In this document: positions 1 to 12,318 of the stretch, in pieces
Numbering within the stretch: position 1 is the first letter of the stretch
How the letters are laid out: each line of letters starts with the position of its first letter
From: Octopus vulgaris
Lineage: Eukaryota
Assembly: GCA_951406725.2 (NCBI GenBank)
Contig: OX597833.1
Location: forward strand, 43,958,001-44,022,000
Length of the DNA stretch: 64,000 bases
Reading direction: 5' to 3'
Position numbers and translations under genes: made by a program
Notes under the pieces: generated by a model
Databases searched by the model: none
Told to the model about the DNA's origin: nothing
What the model saw: only the letters and a program-made list of their open reading frames with translations

Positions 1-63
1 ACATTGTCTTGCCCTTTTCAGCAGGTGGGTTAAGAACTTGCAGCTTGTTTATGTAAGATCTCG
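1..63 (-). CDS. Ig-array gene 1, Ig2 exon (5' part only; continues off the window)
   Basis: Acceptor ttctttcttttcag at 64-66, then (G)CG AGA TCT TAC ATA AAC AAG CTG CAA GTT CTT AAC CCA CCT GCT = ARSYINKLQVLNPPAEKGKTM. Homologous to the Ig2 exon starts of gene 2 (ARSHLDKLTVVNLP) and gene 3 (VRSYMKKLEFLNPPA). Phase matches the Ig1 donor at 2032-2033. Confidence 0.85.
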
Positions 64-375
64 CTGAAAAGAAAGAATCAAAATATGTAAAAGAATCGAT
101 ATATGTAAAGTTTAGAACAATGGACCACACAATAACAGACTACGAGGTTTCACTGAATAAGCTACAAGGTTCAGACTAAACAAAAATGTTTATCAGCGCT
201 CTAAATATTCTTAATGCCGAGCCTTGTGAACTCGTGTTTCGAAGTGTTCAACCGTCGAACTTTTTAGTGAAAGCAGTGCAAAGGCTATTCGGAGCCGAAT
301 CAATAGCAATAAATACACAACACATGAAGGACACATTCATACGCATGTATATTTACACACACACGTATGTACGTA

Positions 376-885
376 CGTAGTATGATCGATAAGTATCCGG
401 ACTGTTGCTAGAGTAACGAACTTAAAGTATGCAGAGTAAAGCTGCTTGACACAGATTGACCTTGAACTCTGCCGTGCATCTGCACTAAGTTTCAATGTTC
501 TAGCTCACTTCCGGTGTTTACATCAGTGCTTGGCAGTAACGTGTGTAGCGTGTGTTCGTCGTCTTGACAATGACAGAGACAGTTGAGCAGAGAATCTGCA
601 TCAAATTTTGCCAAGAGCTTGACGATACCTGCTCACAGGCCTACGCAAGTTTTCAAAATGTTTTCATCGCTCTCCACACAATCGTGGAGATCTTGTGCAA
701 CTGAAACCCGAGTGTCTTTTTGGTCAACTGAAAGCAGTTTTGGCGCAAACTTGGCAGACACATGTTTCATGCCCAAATCTTCAGTGATAATGGAATGAAC
801 CGAACCGTAACTAATCTGCACATACTCTGATAACTCATAGATGGTGATTCGACGATTTCCTCTCACAGCTGCATGCACAGTGGTG
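376..885. mobile_element. Degenerate, internally rearranged mariner (Tc1/mariner) transposon fragment
   Basis: Plus strand from ~571: MTETVEQRICIKFCQEL (mariner N-terminal HTH-like). Minus-strand ORF 633-878: RRITIYELSEYVQISYGSVHSIITEDLGMKHVSAKFAPKLL (second HTH plus WVPxxL-like linker). Confidence 0.75.
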
Positions 886-899
886 TACTAATGCCTGGA

Positions 900-1510
900 A
901 CTAGGTTTCTAATTACAGGTTTCTTATCATTCTCGGCCAATAGAGAGGTCTTCCCCTCTACAATGATGCTTTGGCCAGGAGCGGGTTTACTGAGAAGCTC
1001 ACGTATGTTGATGACCCCCAAACACTCTCAGTATTAGGAGAAGGAGAACTATATGGTATAATCCCCTTTCAACCTAGACGACTCCACCAACGTAGCTAGG
1101 GGCTTTCTGTCATTAATTAAAAAGTACTTCCCCAGAGGCCATAAGTATTACAAACTATTCAACCCCCATAATGTCATGGTGAGCTACTCTTACTTAGACA
1201 ACATCGCATCTAAAATCGCACGCATCAACAGACGTAAACATACACCCACACTACCCCAATCCCCAACCTGCAACTTCCGAAACACCACAATATACCCTCT
1301 AGAAGGCTCTTGTTTTTCAAGGGCCGTAGTATACAGAGCCACCCTTACACCATCCGATGGCATTACTATATGGGTATGACAGCTAATGATTTCAAAGGTA
1401 GATACTCCCAGCATATGCACTTGTTCAGATCCAGGGATAGAGAGAACTCTACTTACCTGTCTCGTTTTCTCTGGGGACTCCGTGATCTCCGAGATGAATA
1501 CCAACTACTA
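900..1510 (+). mobile_element. Penelope-like retroelement fragment (RT thumb to GIY-YIG endonuclease), frameshifted
   Basis: Translates as IWYNPPFN...FLSLIKKYFPRGHKYYKLFNPHNVMVSYSYLDNI, then CNFRN...PLEGSC...VVYRATL and, after a frameshift, YYMGMTANDFKGRYSQH. These are typical Penelope-like element motifs. Confidence 0.85.
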
Positions 1511-1534
1511 GCTCGGTCTCCGTGAAAATCTGTA

Positions 1535-1960
1535 TTAAGTCGATTATATCGATCCCAGTGCGTAACTGGTACTTATTTAAGTGATCCCGAAAGGATTAAA
1601 GGTAAAGTTGACCTCGGTGGAATTTGAACTCAGAACGTAAAGACAGACGAAATACTGGTAAGCATTTCGCCCGGCGTGCTAACGTTTCTGCCATCTCGCC
1701 GTCTTTAAATACCTATTTCTTTACTACCCACAAGGGAATAAACGCATAGAGAACAAACAAGGACAGACAAACGGATTAAGTCGATTATATCGGCCCCAGT
1801 GCGTAACTGGTACTTATTTAATCGACCCCGGAAGGATGAAAGGCAAAGTCGACCTCGGCGGAATTTGAACTCAGAACGTAGGGGTCGACTTGCTCGACTA
1901 AAGGCGGTGCTCCAGCATGGCCGCAGTCAAATGACTGAAACAAGTAGAAGAGTAAAAGAG
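1535..1960. mobile_element. Cluster of tRNA-derived SINE pieces (two family-A copies on minus, family-B 3' end on plus)
   Basis: Matches the family-A consensus (gtcgattatatcgaccccagtgcgtaactggtac...aaggcaaagtcgacctcggcggaatttgaactcagaac) twice, followed by the family-B tail ggcggtgctccagcatggccgcagtcaaatgactgaaac. Confidence 0.85.
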
Positions 1961-2033
1961 TACATCATTGATCTAAAAACAATGGTGGAAAAAAAAAAGG
2001 AAAAAGAAAAGAAAAATAATTAGTAAAACTGAC

Positions 2034-2357
2034 CTTTTAAAGCTTTAACCTTTGAAGATTCGAGATTTGTTTTACATGAGTAATATGCCGCATCATCGCA
2101 AGTTGGATTAAATTTCCAGCAGGTAACCTCATCATTTTTAATATGATCTAGAGTACAGTCAAAACCCTTTCGCTTGATCACTGGCAGAAACTTCCTTTCC
2201 TCCTCGACATAATGAGTTTTGAAAACGATATAATTCAGATTTTGAACGAGAGCAAAGTAAAGAACATTTTTTAGATTATACCGACATGTTATAGTCATTC
2301 CAGTCGTGTATCCAAAATCAATAGTTTCAGAAGGTTTCGTATCTACAATCTCCATAG
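2034..2357 (-). CDS. Ig-array gene 1, Ig1 (V-like) exon, 324 nt, phase 1-1
   Basis: Acceptor tctttctctacag (2358-2360) and donor G|gtcagt (2033). Translation: (P)MEIVDTKPSETIDFGYTTGMTITCRY...KGFDCT...VTCWKFNPTCDDAAYYSCKTNLESSKVKALK, with B-strand Cys and a DxAxYxC F-strand motif. Two paralogous exons with identical splice signals occur in the window. Confidence 0.88.
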
Positions 2358-2424
2358 CTGTAGAGAAAGAAACATACATCAGAGACAGATGTTATAAAAC
2401 AATATATATATATATATGTAGTTA

Positions 2425-2533
2425 CAGAAGAGAGAGGAAGGAAAAAAAGGGAGAAAGAAAAGAAGGAGGAGGAGGAGGAGGAAGAGGAAGTGGAAGAGGA
2501 GGAAGAGGAAGAGGAGGAGGAGGAGGAGGAGAA

Positions 2534-2564
<31 letters not shown>

Positions 2565-2590
2565 AAAACGGAAGATGAGGAGAAGAAGGC
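2425..2590. repeat. (GGA/GAA)n purine tract next to the gene 1 Ig1 acceptor
   Basis: Direct reading. Tracts occur at the equivalent position at 17455-18090 and 44746-44817. Confidence 0.95.
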
Positions 2591-2681
2591 AAAACAGGAC
2601 TAATTAAAAATAACGGGTGTTCATTTGAATATAGATTACATTTATCCACAAATAAAACTTTGTAGTTAGTTTTTAATATTT

Positions 2682-3073
2682 ACTAGCAGTATTGCCCGGC
2701 GTTACTCGGGTTTGTTTCGACCCTTTAGAATTGGAATTTTTGAAAAGTAAAAAAATTTGCATTATGCTGCTTGTTAGTCTCTTTAAGTGAACATTTTTCT
2801 GGTTGAAATACACCGAAAAATGGCGACAATGCAGTCAAAAAAATCGTAAAACATAGGGATTTTCATAGAAAAAAAAGCACCTTTTTGATGTAAATAATTT
2901 TTGATGTTAACATGGTCCGATTTGAATTTTTTCTTCTCCGGAAAGAAGAGCAAGCCTTCTATCATACTCTCAATTTTGGTCAACTTACCCCGCAGGGTCT
3001 CGGAGGAGATAGTGTTAGTTGAAGGCTACCAAACCTGTCAGACACAGACAGACTTCAGCTTTATATATATAGA
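2682..3073 (-). mobile_element. Non-autonomous Helitron-like element
   Basis: Minus strand starts TCTATATATATAAA and ends with a cccgag..gccggg hairpin plus CTAG-T. It is absent from the homologous gene 3 intron (~44920). Related ends occur at 3741 and 16569. Confidence 0.7.
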
Positions 3074-3294
3074 TTATCATAATAGCATACATGTGCCGTC
3101 AAAAATGCCGACAGTTTTATTAATGATGGAAAATGGTGCATCAACACAGTGGGGAAACAGTTGAAAAGCAGAAAACAATCTAGTATATATATGCACATAC
3201 ACAGAATTGATGCACTTGGAGAATTAGATACGGTCGTAGCGTCTCAGTTGAAAATATCAGCTACATAATGTATCGGTGTGTATATGTATATATA

Positions 3295-3346
<52 letters not shown>

Positions 3347-3353
3347 CACACAC

Positions 3354-3397
<44 letters not shown>

Positions 3398-3708
3398 TTA
3401 TATATATATATATGTATATATATATATGCATTTATATACTTGGATACATAGATAGATACATATCTTTTATTTATGTATATACATAAATATACATTTATTT
3501 ATAGATATTTCTCTCTCTCGCTCTCTTGCTCACTCACTCTTCCTCTCTCCCTCTCTCTCTCTCTCTCTCTCCCTCTATATATATATAGACATACACACAC
3601 ACACACACATATATATACATAAAAACACATAAAATAAGAATGAAAAACACGTTAATGACAATTATCAGGTAGTCAGCATGGAAAAAAGCAATTTATATAT
3701 TAAATTAG

Positions 3709-3739
<31 letters not shown>

Positions 3740-3740
<1 letters not shown>

Positions 3741-4245
3741 CTAGCAGTATCGCCCGGCGTTGCTCGGGTTTGTAAGGGAAATAACTATATAAGCATTTTT
3801 AGAGAGTTACTTCCCTTATAGATGCCAATTCGGGCTTTCTTAGCCATTTCTGTTTTGGTGTCTTCAAACCATGAAGTCGTTGTTCTAAAAGAACGCTGGT
3901 CTCCTTGACAACGCATTACGACGTTGATTTCTTTACACTCCCTTCCCCACAGCTTCACGAGGGAGGGAAGGGGGAGAAGCAAACAGGTGCAGCTGTGAGC
4001 GTGGACGCCAACTCCGCCGCCATCGACACACGAAAAATTATGCATTAAAATGGAATAAAAAATGATGTTAAATTATTTTTAAAATCGTAGACTCATTGTT
4101 GACGCGCGCTAATAGCCAGACGGGCTCGATATGAATCACGACTATAAGATACCCGAATTTGGTTAAACTGCACCGCAAAATGTGGGAGGAGTTAGGAATC
4201 TAAATCGAAGGGGACATACACTCACACAACTAGAGTTTTATATAT
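3740..4245 (-). mobile_element. Non-autonomous Helitron-like element (same family as 16568-16945)
   Basis: Shares ctagcagtatcgcccggcgttgctcgggtttgtaagggaaataactata and the ggttaaactgca...gttaggaatctaaatcg blocks with 16568-16945. Confidence 0.7.
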
Positions 4246-4749
4246 ATATATATATATATATATACCTATTTCAAGGGAGAAAGTCAAAACAAGACTTATC
4301 ACCTCCATATTGAATTAATGTCCAAACATTACGAATCTACCGAAACGACTCCATAAATACATGCGATTGAAAGCGGGCTAGTGAGAGGATATTTAAAAAG
4401 ACACCACATCAATTGCAAATTAGCTAATTTCGAGATTAATATCTTAAAATCTTATGGAGTTTTTACGGTAACTTCGTAATGCTTAGACATCAATTCAGTA
4501 TGTACCCGAACTCTGTCATGTAGTCCCGTTCCGGTTTCGCCATATAGTACTCTTTACATTGTCGACAAGTTGTACAGTAAATTAAGTGTTTTGTTTTACA
4601 ATTCATGTTTGCATTGATTTTGAAAAGCACATTGCTTTTAAAAGAAATTTGTCCACCATCTTCAATGTATTCACAGGTTCCGCATCGAGGGTGCCTGCAG
4701 TTTTTAACTTACATTGTTTCAATGTTAGATGTTAATTTCACCTTCACTC

Positions 4750-4976
4750 TTTTACTCTTTTACTTGTTTCAGTCATTTGATTGCGGCCATGCTGCAGCAC
4801 CGCCTTTATTCGAGCAAATCGACCCCCAGGACTTATTCTTTGTCAGTCTAGTACTTATTCTATCGGTCCCTTTGCCGAACCGCAATGTTACGGGGACATA
4901 AACACACCAGCATCGGTTGTCAAGCGATGTTTGGGGTGGGGGTAGACAAATACAGACACACAAACACACACACACG

Positions 4977-5018
<42 letters not shown>

Positions 5019-5110
5019 CATATACGGTCTTCTTTCAGTTTCCGTCTACTAAATCCACTCACAAGGCTTTGGTTGGCCCGAGGCTATAGTAGAAGACACG
5101 TGCCCAAGGT
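4750..5110 (-). mobile_element. tRNA-derived SINE family B (CORE-like), 5' truncated
   Basis: Reverse complement of the 19079-19460 element. Confidence 0.85.
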
Positions 5111-5151
5111 GTTAGTTGAAGGCTACCAAACCTGCCATACACAGACAACTT

Positions 5152-5191
<40 letters not shown>

Positions 5192-5201
5192 CATACATAC
5201 A

Positions 5202-5232
<31 letters not shown>

Positions 5233-5725
5233 CTATACATATAAAACTCAACTTGTGTGTCTGTGTGTATATCTGTGTGTGTCTGTGTGTTTAACTTCCC
5301 GGCACATCTCCTAACTAACAAATCGTAGAACCACCAAAAGTGGGTCACTTAAAGTTTAGGCGAATGAAAATTGAACTGCGCTATTTCCGTTCCGAAATTC
5401 ATTTCGCAAGTGCAAAAATCGATAATGTGTTTGTTATCCCATGCATTGAATAGTGAACTTTACTCAGTCAGCTGTTTGACGTGAACTGTGTTCACCACGC
5501 GTGCAAGCATGCGTAAATTACATGAAAAATAAAAAATCAATATATAAAAACGAATCGCCGTAAACATTGTAGAAATTCGGCAAAGAAATGAATTTTCGGG
5601 ATGTAGCCTGGAGGGTTTTTCGTATTAATCGTTTTGACTTTGTGAACACATACCAATTGTTTTCATTAAATTTTTAATGCTTTGAATTAAATGTGACCAT
5701 TTTGCAAAGCCGGGCAATAATGCTA

Positions 5726-5726
<1 letters not shown>
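5233..5726 (+). mobile_element. Helitron-like non-autonomous element
   Basis: Starts TCTATACATATAAAA followed by a (GT)-rich tract and ends gcaaagccgggcaataatgCTAG-T. Confidence 0.55.
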
Positions 5727-5823
<97 letters not shown>

Positions 5824-5837
5824 ACTCTTTTACACTT

Positions 5838-6215
5838 TATACTCTTTTACTTGTTTCAGTCATTTGACTGCGGCCATGCTGGAGCACCGCCTTTAGTCGA
5901 GCAAATCGACCCCGGGACTTATTCTTTGTAAGCCCAGTACTTATTCTATCGGTCTCTTTTGCCGAACCGCTAGGTGACGGGGACGTAAACACACCAGCAT
6001 CGGTTGTCAAGCAATGCTAGGCGGACAAACACAGACACACAAACATATACACATACATATATATACATATATACGACAGGTTTCTTTCAGTTTCCGTCTA
6101 CCAAATCCACTCACAAGGCATTGGTCGGCCCGGGGCTATAGCAGAAGACATTTGCTCAAGATGCCACGCAGTGGGACTGAACCCGGAACCATGTGGTTGG
6201 TTCACTCCCGCGCCT
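5838..6215 (-). mobile_element. tRNA-derived SINE family B (CORE-like)
   Basis: Near-complete reverse copy of 19079-19460. Confidence 0.88.
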
Positions 6216-6729
6216 ATATATACATATATATATGTATATATACATATTTATAAAAGAACGATATTATTTCTGAAAATAATAACGTTAGTGGCCGCGAGCG
6301 TAAAGACATATAGGCAAATTAATAATCATGTATATAAGATATATAAATATATTCATTTTTCTGATATAATTATTAATTAGGGATCGTTTAATTTGTCTCA
6401 CAGATTTTTTAATTATTTTTTTTAAGCAAACACTTTGAAATTTTGTATACTGGTGGAATTTCTCACCTAGAACACGGTCTACATTGAACATTTTTGGCAA
6501 TATTTTGTATTTCAGAAGATATTTCGTGTTTGAGTTGTCGGATTTTGGGTAATTTTTGCCAATCAACGACGTGTATTCAGTTGAAGAAAGCTACTGCTGT
6601 TTGCGATAGTCATCGAAGAGGAACAGCTTTCGGGTTATCTCTATTAAATTTAACCACTCTGTTCTGTTTGTATGTCGAGCGATGTATGTAGATATATGTA
6701 GATGTATGCACATTATACATGTGCATATG

Positions 6730-6772
<43 letters not shown>

Positions 6773-6860
6773 AGAGTTCAGGAAAAAAAACAAAAGACGA
6801 AGATGGGTGGTGTACAAAACAAACAGATGTATTAGCATAACGTTCAGGAATTGAAAAAGT

Positions 6861-6896
6861 CTTTTACGTTTCGAGCCTACGCTCTTCTACAGAAAG
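6861..6896 (-). ncRNA. Minimal type-I hammerhead-like motif, family C (core CUGUAGAA)
   Basis: Minus strand: cttt-CTGTAGAA-GAGC gtag GCTC-GAAA-cg-TA-aaag. Stem I 4 bp, stem II 4 bp, palindromic ACGT stem III. Lies in a dispersed repeat also at 31403, 36549, 54817 and (decayed) ~50670. Confidence 0.55.
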
Positions 6897-6969
6897 GAAC
6901 ACAGAAAGAGACGAGGAGAGAAAAAATTGTGTGTAGTGGCTACCGAATGTGCGTGTGTGTGTATGTGTA

Positions 6970-7024
<55 letters not shown>

Positions 7025-7906
7025 CATAAGCATATATACATATATATAACATATGCATATATACATATAAATAATATAAATTTCTATTTGAAATATATAT
7101 TTTATATAGATAGATTGAAAGATATGTGTGTGTGTTTGTGTCGTCGCGCGCGCGTATAATTTTTTTGGCACAATGAGAATATGACAATTATTGTGTAGGA
7201 TGAAACGCATTCATATTTGGTCTCATCCACATTTGGTATATATATTTACCCTGGATCAACATCAAGAAATTCCGCTGCGTACACACACGCACGCAGCCGT
7301 TCTAGAATTTGGACCTTGAGATCTCCATTTCCAGCGACTTCGAGGGCCACCTCCCAGTGGTGTCGGGCGTCAACGAAGAGCCCTCGACTACAACAAAACG
7401 ACCAAAGTTTTTCTTTTTCCAAGGTCTGGGGTCTCCCGCCCCTAAGCCCTAGACCATCACCTAGTCACCCTTACCCGTCTTGTTGCTTAACAACAACAAC
7501 AACAAACACGCACGCATACACACACACATACACACATACACACACAAACACATACGCACAAATGTACACGGGTGCCGTAAATTAAAATCATAGAATCACA
7601 CACCTGTATGAATTGGATGCCCAACTTTCCCTGTTAACTTAAATGTAATCTTTCTTCGACGGGTTCTACTCTCTATATTTTATGATTAAGAGTTTAATTT
7701 TTTATTATATATTCGCGGACAACCGTGGCTATCCCCATTAGCTCGTTATAACCAAAATACATTGAGCATGAACAACTTGACTGGAAGAACTCAGTATATC
7801 TAGAGTGACATCATCTTTTTTATGCATGTACTTTGATGTATCACAAAAGGCACAGTTTGATGGAACACAACTAGATGCACAAAATCCTACCTATAAGAGA
7901 CAGTTG

Positions 7907-8341
7907 GGATCTTTTCGGTTTGAACGGCAGTTTTTAAATTTTTTTCCACGTAACTAAACACTTTTAAACTTCGTATACTGGTAGAATGTGTTTATAAAAC
8001 ATCTTTTTCTCTTGGCTTTATTGCGAAAATTATATAGTTTGTAAGATATTTGTTGTTGTTTTTTCTTCAATTTCTGCAACTTCAACCAATCGATGACATC
8101 TATTAAGGTAAAAAACATTCTGTGCCGTATGAATATGTCCCTCGTTTAAGAAACAGATTGGGTTTATTTACATTTGTTAACAAAAAAAAGATAACCTTCC
8201 CCCCACCCTTAACACTAACCCTAACTAACACTAACCCCAAAACAGATTGAAATGCAATAGATCGATACTAGGATCATAATTATGGGTGACAATTTCATAT
8301 GACATCGCTAGAAAAAACTGCCGTTGAAACCGAAAAGATCC
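7907..8341 (+). mobile_element. MITE with GGATCTTTTCGGTTTGAACGGCAGTTTT TIRs and 8-bp TSD (Merlin- or hAT-like)
   Basis: TIRs at both ends, perfect flanking duplication GACAGTTG (7899-7906 and 8342-8349), internal CCCTAA-like repeats. Confidence 0.9.
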
Positions 8342-8408
8342 GACAGTTGCAGAATGGTTGTCGAAATGATCGTCACACTTGTGATAAATCTATCTTCCGT
8401 TTCCTTCA

Positions 8409-8472
<64 letters not shown>

Positions 8473-8705
8473 CACATGCATATATATGGGAATATGTATG
8501 TATGTATGTCGAAGAAAGAGAAAGAGCCGGTTTCTAACCTAGATCTAAGGCTCCTTCATTGGAATTTCAACATCGACAACAGGAAGTTTTTGTATGTATG
8601 TATCTATGTGTGAATGTGCATATGCAGATTTGTTTGTTTTGCTTTATGTATTATTCTAATGCATATAGTTGCATATCTAGACATGCTCATATGTATATAT
8701 ATATC

Positions 8706-8929
8706 TCTTTACTACCCACAAGGGGCCACAGAGAGGACAAACATGGGCAGACAAACGGATTAAGTCGATTATATCGACCCCAGTGCGTAACTGGTACTTA
8801 ATTTATCGACCCCGAAAGGATGAAAGGCAAAGTCGACCTCGGCGGAATTTGAACTCAGAACGTAGCGGCAGACGAAATACCGCTAAGCATTTCGTCCGGC
8901 GTGCTAACGTTTCTGCCAGCTCGCCGCCT
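8706..8929 (-). mobile_element. tRNA-derived SINE family A (MetaSINE-like domain)
   Basis: Minus strand: ggcggcgagctggcagaa head, B-box-like gagttcaaattcc, then gtcgactttgcctttcatcctttcggggtcgataaa. There are more than eight copies in the window. Confidence 0.88.
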
Positions 8930-9136
8930 TATATGTATATATATATATATATATGTATGCATATGTATATATATATGTATGTATGCATGCAAGCATGTAT
9001 GTGTGTGTATATGTGTGTGTATGTGCACGCGTGCGTACGTATAGTGCGTCTTGTGACGATCAAAGTGTGATATCTATGACAAGAAGGTTCAATGTTGTAA
9101 TTGAAGAAAATATTATTCCTCTTGATATTAACTTAC

Positions 9137-9185
9137 GGGTCGAAATGTGAGAAGCCATCATCAGTATCATCATAGCTAACAACAT
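9137..9185 (-). CDS. Ig-array gene 1, signal-peptide exon (coding part)
   Basis: ATG at 9185-9183 gives MLLAMMILMMASHIST plus 1 nt, then donor gtaagt (49 nt, phase 1). Joins the Ig1 exon at 2357 in frame. Paralogous exons at 23849 and 52517. Confidence 0.82.
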
Positions 9186-9869
9186 TGTTGGTCTTGAGAA
9201 ACAAGTATAAAGCAGAAGGAGAAGTGATTGTCGGCTTCCAGAAACCGGAACTGTTACGAAATGATGTGTCTGATACAAAAAGTGGTGTCGAAATAGTCAA
9301 ACACAACAAAAATAGAGGAAAGCGCAATATATGTAAGTGTGAATAGGAGTGGGGAGTGAAACTTGAAGTGTGAGTGAAGCTGAGATAGTTCCATCTTTCT
9401 GTTTCTTTCTCTTTTTCTCTTTCTTTCTCTCTCTCTCCCTCTGTCTCTCTTCTGCTTCGAGAAGAAGGCAGGTAGAACATATAGAAAACAGTTTGACAGG
9501 AAGTTTAAGTCAACACACACACACACACACACACACATACAAGTACACACACATGCACGAACGCACACACGCACGCCTACACACATACGCACGTACAAAT
9601 GATGAAAAGGAAGATGGAGAATTTCAAAGTATTGAGAGAGTGAGTGAGAGAAGTATTTTGGTCAAAAAAAAAAAAAAGAAGAAAAAAAAAAAAGACGCCG
9701 ACTTAGAACGCGGGAAAGGAAAGTGAAAGAAAGTTATAAGGCTATGAAAATAAGAAAGGGAGAGAAGAAGGAAGATTGACAAGGAAGAGTTACAGTAAAA
9801 GATTATGAAGAACGTCATGGAAAAGGGAGAGGGAGAGAGTGAAAGGGAGAAAGATAGATCGATCGATAG

Positions 9870-9900
<31 letters not shown>

Positions 9901-9974
9901 TAGAGATAGAGATAAAGAGAGAGAGAGAGAGAGTAAGAGAAAGTGAGAGAAACGGTAAAAAACATCTGCTTTCT

Positions 9975-10790
9975 TTTACTACAGTGGGTAGGTATTTTTT
10001 GCTAATTGATTTTTTTTAGTATGGCACTACACTGGACACTGGATGTAGAGGCTGATCTAGCTGCCTTAACAAGTTCCTGCCTTTCTTCCAACTCGGCTGA
10101 TTCATGTCAAAATAAATCGTTGGAGGTGCTGGGTTTATCAGGATTTTGTCCAAGCGCCTTCTTTATTGCTGAGTCACATAGGCAATTAGGTAAAAATGTA
10201 TTGGATCTTTTCCTGTTGAACGGCAGTTTTCAACACAATTTCTAGTTAACTAAACACTTTTAAACTTCGTATACTGGTAGAATGTGTCAAAATAAAACAT
10301 TATTTTCACTTGGCTTTTTTGAGAAAATTGTAATTTGTAAGTTTTACGTAGTTTAATTTTTCGAATTTTAACCAATCCTATCGCCTCTATTGAGCTAAAA
10401 TCATTTGCTGCGTCTAAAACTGAGACAACATCCTGTCACTAACCCTAACCGTCACCCTAACCCTAAATTTTAGCCTTTCGTTTTTTTTCTTAATTGCTAC
10501 ACTTGCCACCAAGTAAACTTACTGTTGAAGCAGATTAGGTTGAGAATGAAAGCTGTACGTTTATCGGCTCCTTTCTCTTCGAAGTATATGACACTGTGTT
10601 CAGCGACGAGCTCTCAGTTTCTTCCTCAGAATATTTAATATCTCTGCTTAGTTGATTGGCATTCCTTTTCGCTGGATCCCTTATACTACTTCTTGAATGT
10701 TCTCAGTTCATCCTGCCACAGCTGTATTTGGTAACCGAACAGACTTAGCTGTATGATTTATTGATGTTACATACTTCAATGAAGCTGAAT
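9975..10790 (-). promoter_or_regulatory. Upstream block conserved between gene 1 and gene 3 (candidate promoter or non-coding first exon), interrupted by a truncated MITE at 10203-10470
   Basis: Aligns by eye with 53625-54570. Both copies keep a gtaagt donor-like site (10517-10522 and ~53930) preceded on minus by an Inr-like TCATTC/TCACTT. Confidence 0.4.
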
Positions 10791-11004
10791 TAACACTAAT
10801 TAATAGAAAAATACATTATAAACTTTACTGGACTATAACAGACTCGGGATCTTTTCCTTTTGATGGACGGAATTTTCTAGTTAACTAAACAATTTGAAAC
10901 TTCGTATACTAGTAGAATGTGTCAAAAGAAAACATTATTGTAAACAAAATTGTAATTTGTAAGTTTTACGTAGTTTAATTCTTCGAATTTTAACCAATGA
11001 AATA

Positions 11005-11140
11005 CCAGGTACCCCATATCAGGGCCAACACTCTAGTTTGTAGACTTTGCTTAAAAGACGCTCTCAAAATTCTAACCCACTACTCACCACATTTGCTTAA
11101 TAAATACAACTCCGTGTAAGCACAAATTCTTCCGCACTTT
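11005..11140 (+). mobile_element. Penelope-like GIY-YIG C-terminal remnant
   Basis: Degenerate translation PY...LVCRLCLKDALKILTHYSPHLLNKYNS..CKHKF resembles the CxLCLxEKxxI...LLNK...CxH end of Penelope-like ORFs. Confidence 0.55.
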
Positions 11141-11721
11141 TAAATTCTTTCATAAATCTAAATGTAAGCTCCCCTCTACAAATAGTACCCGCATACATAC
11201 CCCTATGTTCATTAACGCATACCCCTTCTATATCTCTATAACACTTATTTCTATCTTATGTCTTACCTCATATCTATCTATCGTACCTCATCACACTATA
11301 AGATAAATATTAATTCTTTGATTTATCCTGAATTTATTTTAAACCTTAACCCCAAAAATAACTCTACAGCCACAGACCTTAGCCAGGACGGACACAAGCA
11401 ATTACTACCGAATTTCCTCCCCAACAACTTTAGACTTTGAAACTACCAGACTACTCTCTTTAAATTCCTTTTATTTCGCTCTATTTTTTTACCCTATTTT
11501 CTTTTACTCTATCTTCCTCTACCTCCTTATCCTCTCTCTTAACTTCTTGGCTACCCCTTACACAATTCTTAGACATATACACTTTACTTTATCATATAGC
11601 CAATCCTTAAAATCTTCCCTACTTCACTCTGTTATTGTTATTGGATGTATTCCACTGAAACTAGGTAAATATAAGCCTTCGAACAGAGACGTCAGTGGCG
11701 ACACCTGCGGGGTCTGACTGC

Positions 11722-11763
11722 GCTACATTGACAAGGGGCAATACTCCGAAACGCGTCTGTAGC
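11722..11763 (+). ncRNA. Type-I hammerhead ribozyme motif with U3-A8 core variant
   Basis: GCTACA-TTGACAA-GGGG caata CTCC-GAAA-cgcg-TC-TGTAGC. Perfect 6-bp stem I, 4-bp stem II, palindromic ACGCGT stem III, GUC cleavage triplet. Lies downstream of a Penelope-like 3' end. Confidence 0.72.
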
Positions 11764-12144
11764 TGTCGGACTGGCAGTGTGAAGCGTCTGACCTCCCTTG
11801 TTCGAAGGTTATAATGGATACAGATCGTGTATCAATAGCTATCTTAAGGCGGTGGCCTCATGGAGCTGACCAGCGGCAGCGATTATTCTCATATCTATAA
11901 GAATGCCATATTAATATGGCGATAACAATTAATTTCCAGTAAACGCTGTCGTAATCTCTTTTATAGAGACTTAGTAATTTTAATATTTCTAATATATATA
12001 TATATATATATACATATATATACACATATATATAGATAGATACATACATACATATATGCACACGTATATACATATATGTACATGTATTTATAAAGATTTT
12101 ATATGTGTGTATATGTAGATATTTATGCATACATATATATATGC

Positions 12145-12199
<55 letters not shown>

Positions 12200-12224
12200 C
12201 TCTCTCTATATATTATATATATAT

Positions 12225-12318
<94 letters not shown>

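Noticed and set aside
8200-8240. (CCCTAA)n telomeric-type repeats (also 10440, 16180, 26270, 54255)
   Set aside because: They are short and always at the same internal position of the MITE, so not a telomere or fusion scar.
10006-10245. Short ORF conserved with 53680-53870 (MALHWTLD/MTLHWTLD)
   Set aside because: Frames and stops differ between the two copies, so the similarity is explained by paralogous non-coding duplication.
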